Source of the DNA: Squalus acanthias | Taxonomy: Eukaryota | DNA: 64,000 bases | Reading direction: 5' to 3' | Assembly (NCBI GenBank): GCA_030390025.1 | Contig: CM059432.1 | Span: forward strand, 4,092,001 to 4,156,000 | Shown here: positions 34,805-47,160 of the stretch, piece after piece | Numbering within the stretch: position 1 is the first letter of the stretch | Layout: every line of letters begins with the position of its first letter | Program-made: the position numbers and the translations under genes | Notes under the pieces: generated by a model | The model's database searches: none | What the model saw: only the letters and a program-made list of their open reading frames with translations | Told to the model about the DNA's origin: nothing

Positions 34805-37438
34805 GAGACAGACCAGAGACACAGATGAGAGACACAGTCCAGAGACAGACCAGAGACAGACCAGAGACAGACCAGAGACAGTCCAGAGACACAGACCAGA
34901 GACAGAACAGAGACAGACCAGAGACAGACCAGAGACACAGACCAGAGAAAGACCAGAGACAGACCAGAGACACAGACCAGAGAAAGACCAGAGACAGACC
35001 AGAGACACAGACCAGAGAAAGACCAGAGACAGACCAGACACAGACCAGAGACAGACCAGACAGACCAGAGACAGTCCAGAGACACAGACCAGAGAAAGAC
35101 CAGAGACAGACCAGAGACAGTCCAGAGACAGACCAGACAAACCAGACACAGACCAGAGACAGACCAGAGACACAGACCAGAGACAGACCAGAGACACAGA
35201 CCAGAGACAGACCAGAGACAGACCAGAGACAGTCCAGAGAGACAGACCAGAGACAGTCCAGAGACAGACCAGAGACAGACCAGAGACAGACCAGAGACAG
35301 TCCAGACAGACAGACCAGAGACAGTCCAGAGACAGACCAGAGACACAGACCAGAGACAGACCAGAGACAGTCCAGAGACAGACCAGAGACACAGACCAGA
35401 GACAGAACAGAGACAGACCAGAGACAGTCCAGAGACAGACCAGAGACACAGACCAGAGACAGACCAGAGACAGACCAGAGACAGACCAGAGAGACAGACC
35501 AGAGACAGACCAGAGACACAGACCAGAGACAGACCAGAGACAGTCCAGAGAGACAGACCAGAGACAGACCAGAGACAGACCAGAGACAGACCAGAGAGAC
35601 AGACCAGAGACAGACCAGAGACAGACCAGAGACACAGACCAGAGACAGACCAGAGACAGACCAGAGACAGTCCAGAGACAGACCAGAGACAGACCAGACA
35701 CACAGACCAGAGACAGTCCAGAGACAGACCAGAGACACAGACCAGACACAGACCAGAGACACAGACCAGAGACAGACCAGAGACAGACCAGAGACACAGA
35801 CCAGAGACAGACCAGAGACAGAACAGAGACAGACCAGAGACAGACCAGAGACACAGACCAGAGACAGACCAGAGACACAGACCAGAGACAGACCAGAGAC
35901 ACAGACCAGAGACAGACCAGAGACAGACCAGAGACACAGACCAGAGACAGACCAGAGACAGACCAGAGACACAGACCAGAGACAGACCAGAGACAGACCA
36001 GAGACAGTCCAGAGACAGACCAGAGACACAGACCAGACACAGACCAGAGACACAGACCAGAGACAGACCAGAGACAGACCAGAGACAGAACAGAGACAGA
36101 CCAGAGACAGACCAGAGACACAGACCAGAGACAGACCAGAGACACAGACCAGACACAGACCAGAGACACAGACCAGAGACAGACCAGAGACAGACCAGAG
36201 ACACAGACCAGAGACAGACTAGAGACAGACCAGAGACACAGACCAGAGACAGACCAGAGACAGACCAGAGACAGTCCAGAGAGACAGACCAGAGACAGTC
36301 CAGAGACAGACCAGAGACAGACCAGAGACAGACCAGAGACAGTCCAGACAGACAGACCAGAGACAGTCCAGAGACAGACCAGAGACACAGACCAGAGACA
36401 GACCAGAGACAGACCAGAGACACAGACCAGAGACAGACCAGAGACACAGACCAGAGACAGTCCAGAGACAGACCAGAGACAGACCAGAGAGACAGACCAG
36501 AGACAGACCAGAGACACAGACCAGAGACAGACCAGAGACAGTCCAGAGAGACAGACCAGAGACAGACCAGAGACAGACCAGAGACAGACCAGAGAGACAG
36601 ACCAGAGACAGACCAGAGACAGACCAGAGAGACAGACCAGAGACAGACCAGACACAGACCAGAGACAGACCAGAGACACAGACCAGAGACAGACCAGAGA
36701 CAGACCAGAGACAGTCCAGAGACAGACCAGAGACAGACCAGAGACAGTCCAGAGACAGACCAGAGACAGACCAGAGACAGACCAGAGACACAGACCAGAG
36801 ACAGTCCAGAGACAGACCAGAGACACAGACCAGAGACAGACCAGAGACACAGACCAGAGACAGTCCAGAGACAGACCAGAGACACAGACCAGACACAGAC
36901 CAGAGACACAGACCAGAGACAGACCAGAGACAGACCAGAGACAGACCAGAGACAGAACAGAGACAGACCAGAGACAGACCAGAGACACAGACCAGAGACA
37001 GACCAGAGACACAGACCAGACACAGACCAGAGACACAGACCAGAGACAGACCAGAGACAGACCAGAGACACAGACCAGAGACAGTCCAGAGACAGACCAG
37101 ACACAGACCAGACACAGACCAGAGACAGACCAGACACAGACCAGAGACAGACCAGAGACAGACCAGACACAGACCAGACACAGACCAGAGACAGGCCAGA
37201 GACACAGTCCAGACAGAGACCAGAGACAGTCCAAGAGACAGTACAGAGACACAGACCAGAGACTGTCCAGAGACACAGACTAGAGACAGTCCAGAGACAC
37301 AGACATGATGGAGGCCAGAGACAGACCAGAGACAGTCCAGAGACAGACCAGAGACTGTCCAGACACAGACCAGAGACACAGACAGGAAGCAGGCCAGAGA
37401 CAGACCAGAGACTGTCCAGAGACAGTCCAGACACAGAC
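34805..37438. repeat. About 2.6-kb minisatellite; 11-bp unit ACCAGAGACAG with 13-bp (ACCAGAGACACAG, ACCAGAGAGACAG) and point variants
   Basis: Directly visible tandem array with an almost T-free top strand; degenerate at the right edge and resuming at 39086-39197 beyond a CR1. Confidence 0.98.
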
Positions 37439-38583
37439 CTTATTTAAAAAGGGAGAAAAGGATAGACCGAGTAATTACAGGCCAGTCAGCCTAACCTCAG
37501 TGGTGGGAAATTATTGGAAAGTATTCTGAAGGACAAGATAAATCTTCATTTAGAAAGACACGGATTAATCAAGGATAGTCAGCACGGATTTGTTAAGGGA
37601 AGGTCGTGTCTGACAAACTTGATTGAATATTTTGAGGAGGTAACAAGGAGGGTAGATGAGGGTAGTGCGTTTGATGTAGTGTATATGGACTTTAGCAAGG
37701 CTTTTGATAAGGTTCCACATGGCAGACTTGTCACGAAGTTAAAAGCCCATGGGATCCAGGGCAAAGTGTCAAGTTGGATTCAAAACTGGCTCGGAGACAG
37801 GAAGCAGAGGGTAATGGTTGATGGGTGTTTTTGTGACTGGAAGGCTGTTTCAAGTGGAGTTCCGCAGGGCTCAGTACTAGGTCCCTTGCTTTTTGTGGTA
37901 TATATCAACGATCTTGACTTGAATATAAGGGGTAAGATTAAGAAGTTTGCAGATGATACTAAAATCAGCTGTGTGGTTGATACTGAAGAAGGAAGCTGGA
38001 GACTGCAGGAAGATATCAATAAATTTGTCAGGTGGCAAATGGAATTCAATCCGGAGAAGTGTGAGGCAATGCATTTGGGGAGGGCTAACAAGGAAAGGGA
38101 ATACACATTAAATGGTAGGACACTGAGTAGTGTAGAGGAACAAAGGGACCTTGGAGTGCATGTCCACAGAGCCCTGAAGGTAGCAGGCCAGGTAGATAAG
38201 GTGGTTAAGAAGGCACACGGAATGCTTGCCTTTATTAGCCGTGGCATAGAATACAAGAGCAGGGGGGGGATATGCTTCAACTGTATAAAACACTAGTTAG
38301 GCCTCAGCTAGAGTACTGCGTGCAGTTCTGGTCACCACATTACAGGAAAGATGTGATTGCACTAGAGAGGGTACAGAGGAGATTTACAAGGATGTTACTG
38401 GGAGTAGAGAATCTTAGCTATGAGGAAAGACTGGATAGGCTGGGTCTGTTTTCCTTGGAACAGAGGAGGCTGAGGGGAGACCTTATTGAGGTGTATAAAA
38501 TTATGAGGGGCATAGATAAAGTGGATAGAAAGGGCCTATTTCCCTTAGCAGAGGGGTCAAAAACCAGGGGGCACAGATTTAAA

Positions 38584-38797
38584 TGTGAGAAGTCGCACAA
38601 CACCAGGTTATAGTCCAACAGCTTTATTTGAAATCACAAGCTTTCGGAGCGCTGCTCCTTCGTTAGGTCAGACTTCACCTGACGAAGGAGCAGTGCTCCG
38701 AAAGCTTGTGATTTCAAATAAAGCTGTTGGACTATAACCTGGTGTTGTGCGACTTCTCACATTTGTCCACCCCAGTCCAACACCGGCATCTCCACAT
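38584..38797. mobile_element. Penelope P1a fold-back mini-insertion
   Basis: Inverted arms of about 85 bp around a short spacer; 12-bp TSD CACAGATTTAAA (38572-38583, 38798-38809). Confidence 0.9.
38675..38711 (+). ncRNA. Minimal type I hammerhead ribozyme motif
   Basis: TCAC-CTGACGA-A-GGAGC-AGT-GCTCC-GAAA-G-CTT-GTGA with intact core; a mutated antisense copy lies at about 38634-38668. Confidence 0.85.
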
Positions 38798-39085
38798 CAC
38801 AGATTTAAAGTAATTGGGGGAAGGTTTAGAGGGGATTTAAGGGGAAATTTCTTCACCCAGAGGGGTGTCGGGTTCTGGAACTCACTGCCTGAAAGGGTGG
38901 TAGAGGCAGGAACCCTAACCACATTTAAAAAGTACTTGGATGTGCACTTGGGATGCTCTAACCTGCAGGGCTATGGACCAAGAGCTGGGGAAGTGTGATT
39001 AGGCTGGATAGCTCTTTGTTGGCCGGTGCGGACACAATGGGCCGAAATGGCCTCTTTCCATGCTGTAACTTTCTATGATTCTATG

Positions 39086-39197
39086 AGACCAGAGACATAG
39101 ACCAGAGACTGGCCAGATACACAGATGAGAGACAGGCCAGAGACAGACCAGAGACACAAACCAGACAGTCCAGATACAGACCAGATACAGACCAGAG
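39086..39197. repeat. Degenerate remainder of the ACCAGAGACAG minisatellite
   Basis: Same units, with more substitutions. Confidence 0.9.
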
Positions 39198-39399
39198 GCG
39201 GAGATTAGAAGGATATCAATGGAGCATAAACCCCTCAGTCTCCTGAGGCAGGTCACCTTGTCCATTCTGAGCTTAGAGTTGTACTTCTAACTAAGGTTGT
39301 AAGCTGTAAAACTGTTGTATTTGATTGTTAATAAAACCAAGTTAGGAAAGTAATAAACCTTCACTGATTATCACCTCATATTACACTAAAGAGTAAAGA

Positions 39400-39850
39400 T
39401 CTCAGCTCTCCTCTAATTCTGGCCTCTTGCACGATTTTAATCGCTCACCAGTGGCAGCCGTGCCTTCAGCTGCCTGGGCCCTAAGCTCGGGAATTCCCTC
39501 CCTAAACCTCTCCGCCCCTCTACAGCTCCCTCCTCCTTTAAGATGCTCCTTAAAACTTATCTCTTTGACCAAGCTTGTCCTAATATCTCCCTGTGTGGTT
39601 CGGTGTCAAATTTTGCCTGATTACGCTCCTGTGAAGCGCCTTGAGAGGTTTTACTGCGTTTAAGGTACGATAGAAATGCAAGCTTGTTGTTGTTGTAAAG
39701 AGAGTAGGCATCAAGGGGTATGGGGAGAGAGCGGGAATATGGTGTTGAGATAGAGGATCAGCCATGATCATATTGAATGGCGGAGCAGGCTCGAAGGGCC
39801 GAATGGCCTACTCCTGCTCCTATTTTTCTTTGTTTCTTCCATGTTTCTAT
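39400..39850 (+). mobile_element. L2 3' end (39400-39695) followed by a CR1 tail (39700-39850)
   Basis: Matches other L2 and CR1 tails in the window. Confidence 0.85.
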
Positions 39851-40366
39851 ACTAAAAACCCTACAGCGCATTCTCGGTAAGGTGATGGTCTTGCTACCGA
39901 CACACAGCAGGAGGAAATTCCAAACATTTGTCTTTTACACCAATGACACCAACTGTCAAGTTAAAGACTGTTTAGATGCGTTGATGTGTTGAGAAGGTGC
40001 TTAAAGAGTGAATAATACTGCAATCTATCTCTGGACTGTTAAAAATATTAAACACTTCACTGGCACAAGCCTACCTTTAGGTTAAAGACAAGTTCCTCAG
40101 CGATGCCATAAATCTATGTGCAACGCCATGTTCATTTGCAGGGCTATCTTTTTTTTGCTACGGTCAAAGAAAATTTATTGCTGTTCTGCTGCTCTACCTT
40201 CCCAGAAATTATTTTGCTACTCTGTTTAAACATGGCTCCAAAACACAATTAATATCAGCTGACACAACATTAATAATATCTCACACCTTTGGTACCCTTT
40301 TTTTTTTAATAAATGGCTTGCAAGTTGGAATAAATTTTTAAATGGAAGAGAGAGAAAAATTGATTC

Positions 40367-40817
40367 GGCCGTGACTCAGTGGGCAGCAGCCCTCGCCTCT
40401 GCGTTGGAAGGTTGTGGGTTCATAGTCCCACTCCAGGGACTTGAGCACAAAAATCTAGGCTGACGTTCAGTGCTGTGCCGTCTTTGGGATGAGACGTTAA
40501 ACCGAGGCCACCGTCGGCCCTCTCAGGTTTGGACGTAAAAAATCCCGCGGCCACTATTTCGAAGAAGAGCAGTGGAGTTCTCCCTGGTGTCCTGGGGTCA
40601 ATATTTATCCCTCAATCAACATCTCTTTAAAAAAAAAGACAGATGATCTGGTCATTATCACATTGCTGTTTGTGGGGGCTTGCTGTGCGCAAATCGGCTG
40701 CCGCGTTTCCCACATTACGACAGTGACTCCACTTCAAAAAGTACTTCATTGGCTGTAAAGTGCTTTGGGACGTCTTGAGGTCGTGGAAGGGGCTGGAGAA
40801 ATGTGAGTCTTTCTTTC
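40367..40817 (+). mobile_element. DeuSINE
   Basis: Colinear with 17117-17590, with a small internal deletion. Confidence 0.9.
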
Positions 40818-41487
40818 TAATATTTAACTGCTGCACTGAACATCACTCAGGAAATTTCAGGGACTGTCAGTGTGAGGGAGAGACTATTGTACAAAGCCAA
40901 GGAGATGAGATTAAAGGAAAGAACAGACAGTAAAGCTTTGAAAGGAACAAAAATAAATCTTTACTTGTCAAACAGTTTTGTTTTACAAAAAATATTCTGC
41001 CACTCAACACAGACGGAGTGCAGCCAGCTCTCCTCTGAAGAACAGTCAAGGACATGTTTCAGCTGTCTGTGATATTCTAAGAATGAAGAGTTTGTGACAT
41101 GAATGTTAGCAACATTTTAAATGCTGACTAGTGAAAATAACGTCAGCCAACCCAGGACAAGAACCAGAATGAGTTGCAACATATGTGGGACTATAAACTT
41201 TTCCTTTGATTAATGGCTTCTTGGAATATCTGGCTTGCACACCAGAAATATCCTGATGCTCACCAACTGCTGGCAAAGTGACATGGCGCCGGAAATCCAC
41301 TCCCATCTTTTCCATCTTCAGCTATTAGATGGTTTCAAAGTACGTTCTTGATCCAGAAGGTCCTTTATGGTGATCACTCTAACATCGTAAGAAACACTCG
41401 CGCCACACAAGTGCCAGGCAATGACTATCTCCAATAAGAGAGAGTCTAACCACCTCCTCTTCACATGCAATGGCATTACCATCGATG

Positions 41488-43675
41488 AATCATGGAATCA
41501 TAGAAAATGACAGCACAGAAGGAGGCCATTTCGGCCCATCGTGTTGTAGGATTCGCAAATTATCGCGATTTTAAAATAATGAGAAAGAGACATACAGTTT
41601 CGTAAAAACAGCTTTATTTCAGCAAAATGCTGTCAGGTTCAAAAACGGACACAAGAAGCCTGTAAAATGGCCGCCGCGCCTCGTGGCAGAAGGTTCCAGA
41701 TTTCTCAGTAGGCAGACAAGATGGCGTTTCAATAAACATTTCAGCAAGATCGGACAGTGCTCAGCATATTGATATAAGACAAGACGCGATCGTTTTGCAT
41801 TTCTAACACCTAAGCAAGAAATATAAGTGTTGGAATCGGTTTTTCCATACACAAACGGGGGCTATTGTACTGGGCAATCAAGGGCCCATCCAAAGACATT
41901 GATACGCAAATTCCCCGCGGCTCTACGATGAGAGAGCCATTCGCGGGTACTCACAACAAGAATTCGGAGGCCCCCAAAACCCCTCCAGGGAGACTCCTAG
42001 CCGGTTCCACAATGGGAGAAATATTAACGGGTACTTAGACAGTTACAAGTATCACCAAAACCCATTAACGACAAGAACCACCCCATACAAGAAGTTTGAG
42101 CGGCAAAACATGACAAAAGATGAACATTAAGTTTGGGCGGGAGATAATGAATTACAGTACTATAACTGTAGTGTCCAAGCGCCCACCGCTCTCTTATCCT
42201 TTTCATTCGCTTGGAATCGTCTCTTGGCTATTCTCCCGGACGACCGTTACTCTCTCTTGTTCCGCTGATCCCTTTTGGGGTTGACCTCGTGGCGCGCTGC
42301 AAAATCGGGTGCACCATCCCGAAGGTCGGTAAATGGTGTCTGGACCTGAAGGCCCGAGGAGATGAGATGAGATGAGAAGAGAAGAAGAAGAATCCACGTG
42401 CCGCCGCGGTCAGTAAACCCCGACCGCGCCTGTAAATATAAAGACCATTTTTGAACTCTATCAGGTTACTGCATGAACTGGTCAAAGACTTTTCTTCGAA
42501 TCCTATCGACAACCGGTGTCAATACAGGAAGACTCTTCTTTGAATTTTACCGGTTAAGTGGTGTCGGTCCAGAAAGACTTTTCTTTGAGTTCTGCAGCCG
42601 GGCCCGAGCACTGTCGAGTTCTTCATGACAACGGGGAGCCCAGCCTGCTTGCAGCAGCAGAGCGAGTAAACAAGTGGGGTACAGAGACCCCTGATCAACA
42701 CGTGAATAGTCAGGTGCTGTGGCGAAAACATCCGAGCATCGTTTTAGAATTCTCCGAGTTATCACGAGTGGTGAGCATTGTTTCTCGATCCTACAGATCT
42801 AGATTAGGACAGGCATTAATAGGGGAGAGTTTTGTTTTAAGGATAATTATAATGTGTGTCCCCTTTTACGATGTGTCGTGCGCTCCTCGTTTCCCTAAAC
42901 CTAGTTGCATAAATGTATGTAAGCTTGTACTGTCATTAATCTGTGCTTATGACATGTATTTCGTAATCTTGAACAATATGCAATAAAGATTTTCCATTTC
43001 GTACTATTCAACCGGGTCTACCTGAGTTTTCTCTGCATTACTGCTCTCGCACCTAAGTCCAGTGTCAGAACCGTAAGGGCGAGTGGGTCGAACCACTCAC
43101 AGGTGTCTAGTGCTACCAGGCTGGCTGCAGACCAGAACAGGCAACAAGGCCTAACCCGGCACTAGCACCCAGGCTAAGCACAGAGCCACGCGAACCCCTT
43201 ACAGTGTCCCTGCCGGCCGACAAAGAGCTATCCAGCCTAATCCCACTTTCCAGCTCTTGGTCCATAGCCCTGTAGGTTACGGCACTTCAAGTGCACATCC
43301 AAGTACTTTTTAAATGCGATGAGGGTTTCTGCCTCTACCACCCTTTCAGGCAGTGAGTTCCAGACCCCCACCACCCTCTGGGTGAAGAAATTTCCCCTCA
43401 AATCCTCTCTAATCCTTCTACCAATTACTTTAAATCTATGCCCCCTGGTTGTTGACCTCTCTGCTAAGGGAAATAGGTCCTTCCTATCCACTCTATCTAG
43501 GCCCCTCATAATTTTATACACCTCAATTAAATCTCCCCTCAGCCTCCTCTGTTCCAAAGAAAACAACCCCAGCCTATCCACTTTTTCCTCATAGCTAAAA
43601 TTCTCCAGTCCTGGCAACATCCTCGTAAATCTCCTCTGTACCCTCTCTAGTGCAATCACATCCTTCCTGTAATGA
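41488..43675 (-). mobile_element. CR1 3' fragment split by the long solo LTR
   Basis: IALERVQRRFTRMLPG..GYGPRAGKWD* (43237-43659); its 3' UTR continues at 41488-41544. Confidence 0.92.
41545..43203 (+). mobile_element. Solo LTR family B, 1,659 bp
   Basis: TGTAGGATTCGC...GCGAACCCCTTACA; perfect 4-bp TSD GTGT (41541-41544, 43204-43207); TATAAA at 42437 and AATAAA at 42982. Confidence 0.88.
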
Positions 43676-43724
43676 ATCCCCCACCATCAACATCCTGGAT
43701 ATCACCATTGAACAGAAACTCAAC

Positions 43725-44310
43725 TGGAGTTTAGAAGAATGAGAGGTGATCTCACCGAAAAGTAAAAAAATTCTTAGAGGGCTTGACAGGTTAGATGCGG
43801 AGAGGTTGTTTCCCCCTGGCTGGAGAGTTCAGAACTCGGGGGCACAGTCTCAGGATAAGGGGGCTGTCATTTCAGGCTGAGGTGAGAAGGAATTTCCTCA
43901 CTCGGAAGGTTATGAAGCAACGTTCCCCCTAGGCTGCGTGTCTGCGCAGCTGTCCGCCAGTCCCACACAGCCCGGGACCGGCTTTTCCAAAGTTAAACTT
44001 TGCGCATGTGCAAAACTGTGAATGGGCCGCGCAGCCCGTTAAAGGGGCCTGCGCACCCAAAAACAAATTAGGGGGAACATTGGTTGTGAATCTTTGGAAT
44101 TCTCTACCCCAGAGGGCTGTGGATGCTCAGTCGTTGAGTATAATCAAGACTGAGATCGATAGAGTCTTGGGCACTAAGGGAATCGATGGACATGGGGATA
44201 GGACGGGAAAGTGGAGTTTATGTAGAAAATCAATCATGATCTTATTGAATGGTGGAGCAGGCTCAGGAGGGGTGTATGGCCGACTCCTGCTCCTATTTCT
44301 TATGTTCTTA
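43725..44310 (+). mobile_element. CR1 3' end with nested MITE
   Basis: [34 protein letters not shown] tail. Confidence 0.88.
43918..44082. mobile_element. 165-bp MITE, probably hAT superfamily
   Basis: 14-bp TIR CAACGTTCCCCCTA / TAGGGGGAACATTG; imperfect 8-bp TSD GTTATGAA(G) / GTTGTGAA. Confidence 0.75.
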
Positions 44311-44317
44311 TCGACCA

Positions 44318-45015
44318 GCCACATATATGCCATGGCTACTAGAGCTGGACAGAGGCTGGGTATTCTTTGGTCTAATGGTTCACCTGACTCCCCAAAGCCT
44401 TTCCACCATCTGCAAGGCACAGGTCAGGAGTGTGATGGAATACTCTCCACTTGCCTGGATGAGTGCAGCTCCAACAACACTCCAACAGCAGTCCACTTGA
44501 TTGGCAGCTCATCCACCACCTTAAAAATTCAGTCCCTCCACCACCGGCGCACCCTGGCTGCAGTGTGTACCATTTACAAGATGCACTGCAGCAACTCGCC
44601 AAGCCTTCTTCAGCAGTACCTCCCAAACCTGCGACCTCTACCATCTAGAAGGACAAGGGCAGCAGGCGCATGGGAACACCACCACCTCCAAGTTCCCCTC
44701 CAAGTCACACACACCATCCTGACTCGGACATATATTGGCTATTCCTTCATCGGCGCTGGGTCAAAATCCTGGAACTCCCTCCCTAACATTACAACAAGTG
44801 ACTACACTCCAAAAGTACTTCATTGGCTGTAAAGCGCTTTGAGATGCCCGGTGGTCGTGAAAGGCGCTATAGAAATGCAAATCTTTCTTTCTAACAGCAC
44901 TTGGAGGAGCACCTTCACCACACGGACTGCAGTGGTTCAAGAAGGCGCTCACTACCTTAAATAAATGGATTGCCAGCGACACCCACATTCCAAGAATGAA
45001 TGAATAAAAAAAAAA
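44318..45015 (+). mobile_element. 3' end of a distinct CR1/L2-group LINE, with a SINE tail nested at about 44787-44890
   Basis: QVRSVMEYSPLAW, LHHRRTLAAVCTIYKMH and WNSLP motifs; tail GAATGAATAAAAAAA. Related pieces at 57401-57530 and 59878-60110. Confidence 0.8.
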
Positions 45016-45374
45016 ATGATTTAAACTTGTCAGGACAACATTGTTAAGAAGTTTGGAAAGTACCATCATTCTGGTCAACTACATTGGCTACGCTAAGCCT
45101 GTACTATATAATCATTCACCTTCCATTCCCTCCAGTGAAATGACCATGCCACTAAACCTGAAATTGCTGAGCTACTTGACTTGCAAAATGTTGTACAGAA
45201 TTCTTTCCGTCTAAAAGGTAAACATGCTTACAGTAAACATTCTTCTCTCTATGTAAGAATGAATTGACTTCTGACGCAGAATCTGAAATTACTTAAACTT
45301 GGCTAGTTCTGTTTAAGTTACAGAATAACCAAAGAGAGGTGTTATAGCTTTGAAATTGCTAGCCCCTTTTTTTA

Positions 45375-45620
45375 AATCATAGAATCATACAGCACAGAAG
45401 GCGACCATTCGGCCCACCGTACCTCTTTGAACGAGCTCTCCAATTAGTCTCACTCCCCCCCTGCTCTTTCCCCACAGCCCTGCAAATCTTTCCTTTTCAA
45501 GTATTTCTCCAATTCCCCTTTTGAAAGTTACTATTGAATCCGCTTCCACCGCACTTTCAGGCAGCGCGTTCCAGATCACAACAACTCGCTGTGTAAAAAT
45601 AATTTCTCCTCATCTCCCCC
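45375..45620 (-). mobile_element. CR1 3' end
   Basis: Same subfamily as 1880-2220. Confidence 0.88.
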
Positions 45621-45726
45621 ATGAACATTGATGTGAGGTTAACTTCTTTTTTCTAATTTGTTCACAGGATGTGGGCGGCGCTGGCAAACATTTATTGCCC
45701 ATCCTTAATTGCTAACCACCAGCACC

Positions 45727-47160
45727 TAGACTGGTGACACCATTGTTCAAGAAAGGGTGTAAGGACAATCCTAGTAACTACAGGCATCAGTGGTGGGTAA
45801 AGTTTTAGAAACAATAATCAAGGAAAAAATTAACAGGCACTTGGAGAGGTTTAAGCTAATTACGGAGAGCCAACGCGGATTTGTAAAAGGCAGATCTGTG
45901 TTTGACTAATCTAATTGAATTTTTTGATGAAGTAACAGGGAGGATTGATGAAGGGAAGGCAATGGATGTTGTCTACATAGATTTTAGGAAGGCGTTTGAC
46001 AAAGTACCACATAGAAGGCTGGTTAACAAAATTGGGGCTCATGGAATAGGTGGGTCAGTGGCAGCTTGGATAAGGTATTGGCTTAAGGACAGAAAACAGC
46101 GAGTTGTGGTAAATGGCTGTTTTTCAGACTGGAGGATGGTAGACAGTGGTGTTTCCCAAGGGTCAGTGCTGGGGCCACTGCTTTTTTTGATATATATAAA
46201 TGACCTGGATATTGGAATACAGAGTAGAATTTCTAAATTTGCTGATGACACCAAACTTGGGGGTGTGGCAAACAGTGATGATGCTATCGATCGACTGCAA
46301 CAGGACATAGAAAGGCTAGCAGAATGGGCAGACAAGTGGCAGATGGAATTTAATACAGAGAAGTGTGAGGTGATGCATTTTGGCAGAAGGAACAGGGAGA
46401 GGCAATATACACTTAATGGCACAGTTTTAAAGAGTGTGCAGGGGCAGAAGGACCTGGGAGTTAATATGCATAGGTCCCTGAAGGTGGCAGGACATATTGA
46501 GAGAGTGGTTAACAAAGCATATGGGATCTTGGGCTTCATAAATAGAGGTATTGAGTACAAAAGTAGAGAAGTTATGCTGAACCTTTATAAATTGCTGGTT
46601 AGGCCACAACTGGAGTATTGTGTCCAGTTCTAGTCACCACACTTTAGGAAGGATGTGAAGGCCCTTGAGAAGGTGCAGAGGAGATTTACCAGAATGGTTC
46701 CGGGGATGGGGGATCTTAGCTACAAGGACAGATTGGAGAAGCTGGATTTGTTTTCATTGGAGCAAAGGAGGTTGTGGGGTGATTTGATAGAGGTGTGCAA
46801 GATTATGGCGGGTTTGGATAGGCTAGACGGGGAAGGGCTGTTCCCACTAGTTGCTGGTACAAGCACTAGGGGACACAGATTTAAGGTTTTGGGTAAGAGA
46901 TACAGGGTGGATGTGAGGAAAAACTTTTTTACACAGCAAGTGGTGATGACCTGGAACTCGCTGCCGATGGAAGTGGTGGAAGCGGAGACACACAATGTTT
47001 TCAAGGGGAGACTGGATAGGCACTTTAGGGAAATAAACTTGCAGGGCTACAGGGATAGAGTGGGGGAATGGGACTGACTGGATTGCTCTACAGAGAGCCG
47101 GCATGGACTCAATGGGCTGAATGGCCTCCTTCTGTGCCGTTATGACTCTATGACATCTAT
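45727..47160 (+). mobile_element. 5'-truncated CR1 (RT to tail)
   Basis: DFRKAFDKVPH, QGSVLGP, KFADDTKL; CTATGA tail. Confidence 0.95.

Larger units (their letters stand above)
37439..39085 (+). mobile_element. 5'-truncated CR1 (RT to tail) inserted in the minisatellite edge
   Basis: Highly similar to 14590-17107; TTCTATGATTCTATGA tail. Confidence 0.95.

Noticed and set aside
34665..37434. 872-, 838-, 882-, 465-, 420- and 386-aa ORFs (RPETDQRQT / SVSGLSLVCLW repeats)
   Set aside because: Produced by a T-poor tandem repeat that is stop-free in most frames on both strands; 11- and 13-bp units shift frame freely, so there is no sign of coding constraint.
34805..37438. Possible CRISPR-like array
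   Set aside because: No unique spacers, no cas genes, and eukaryotic context.
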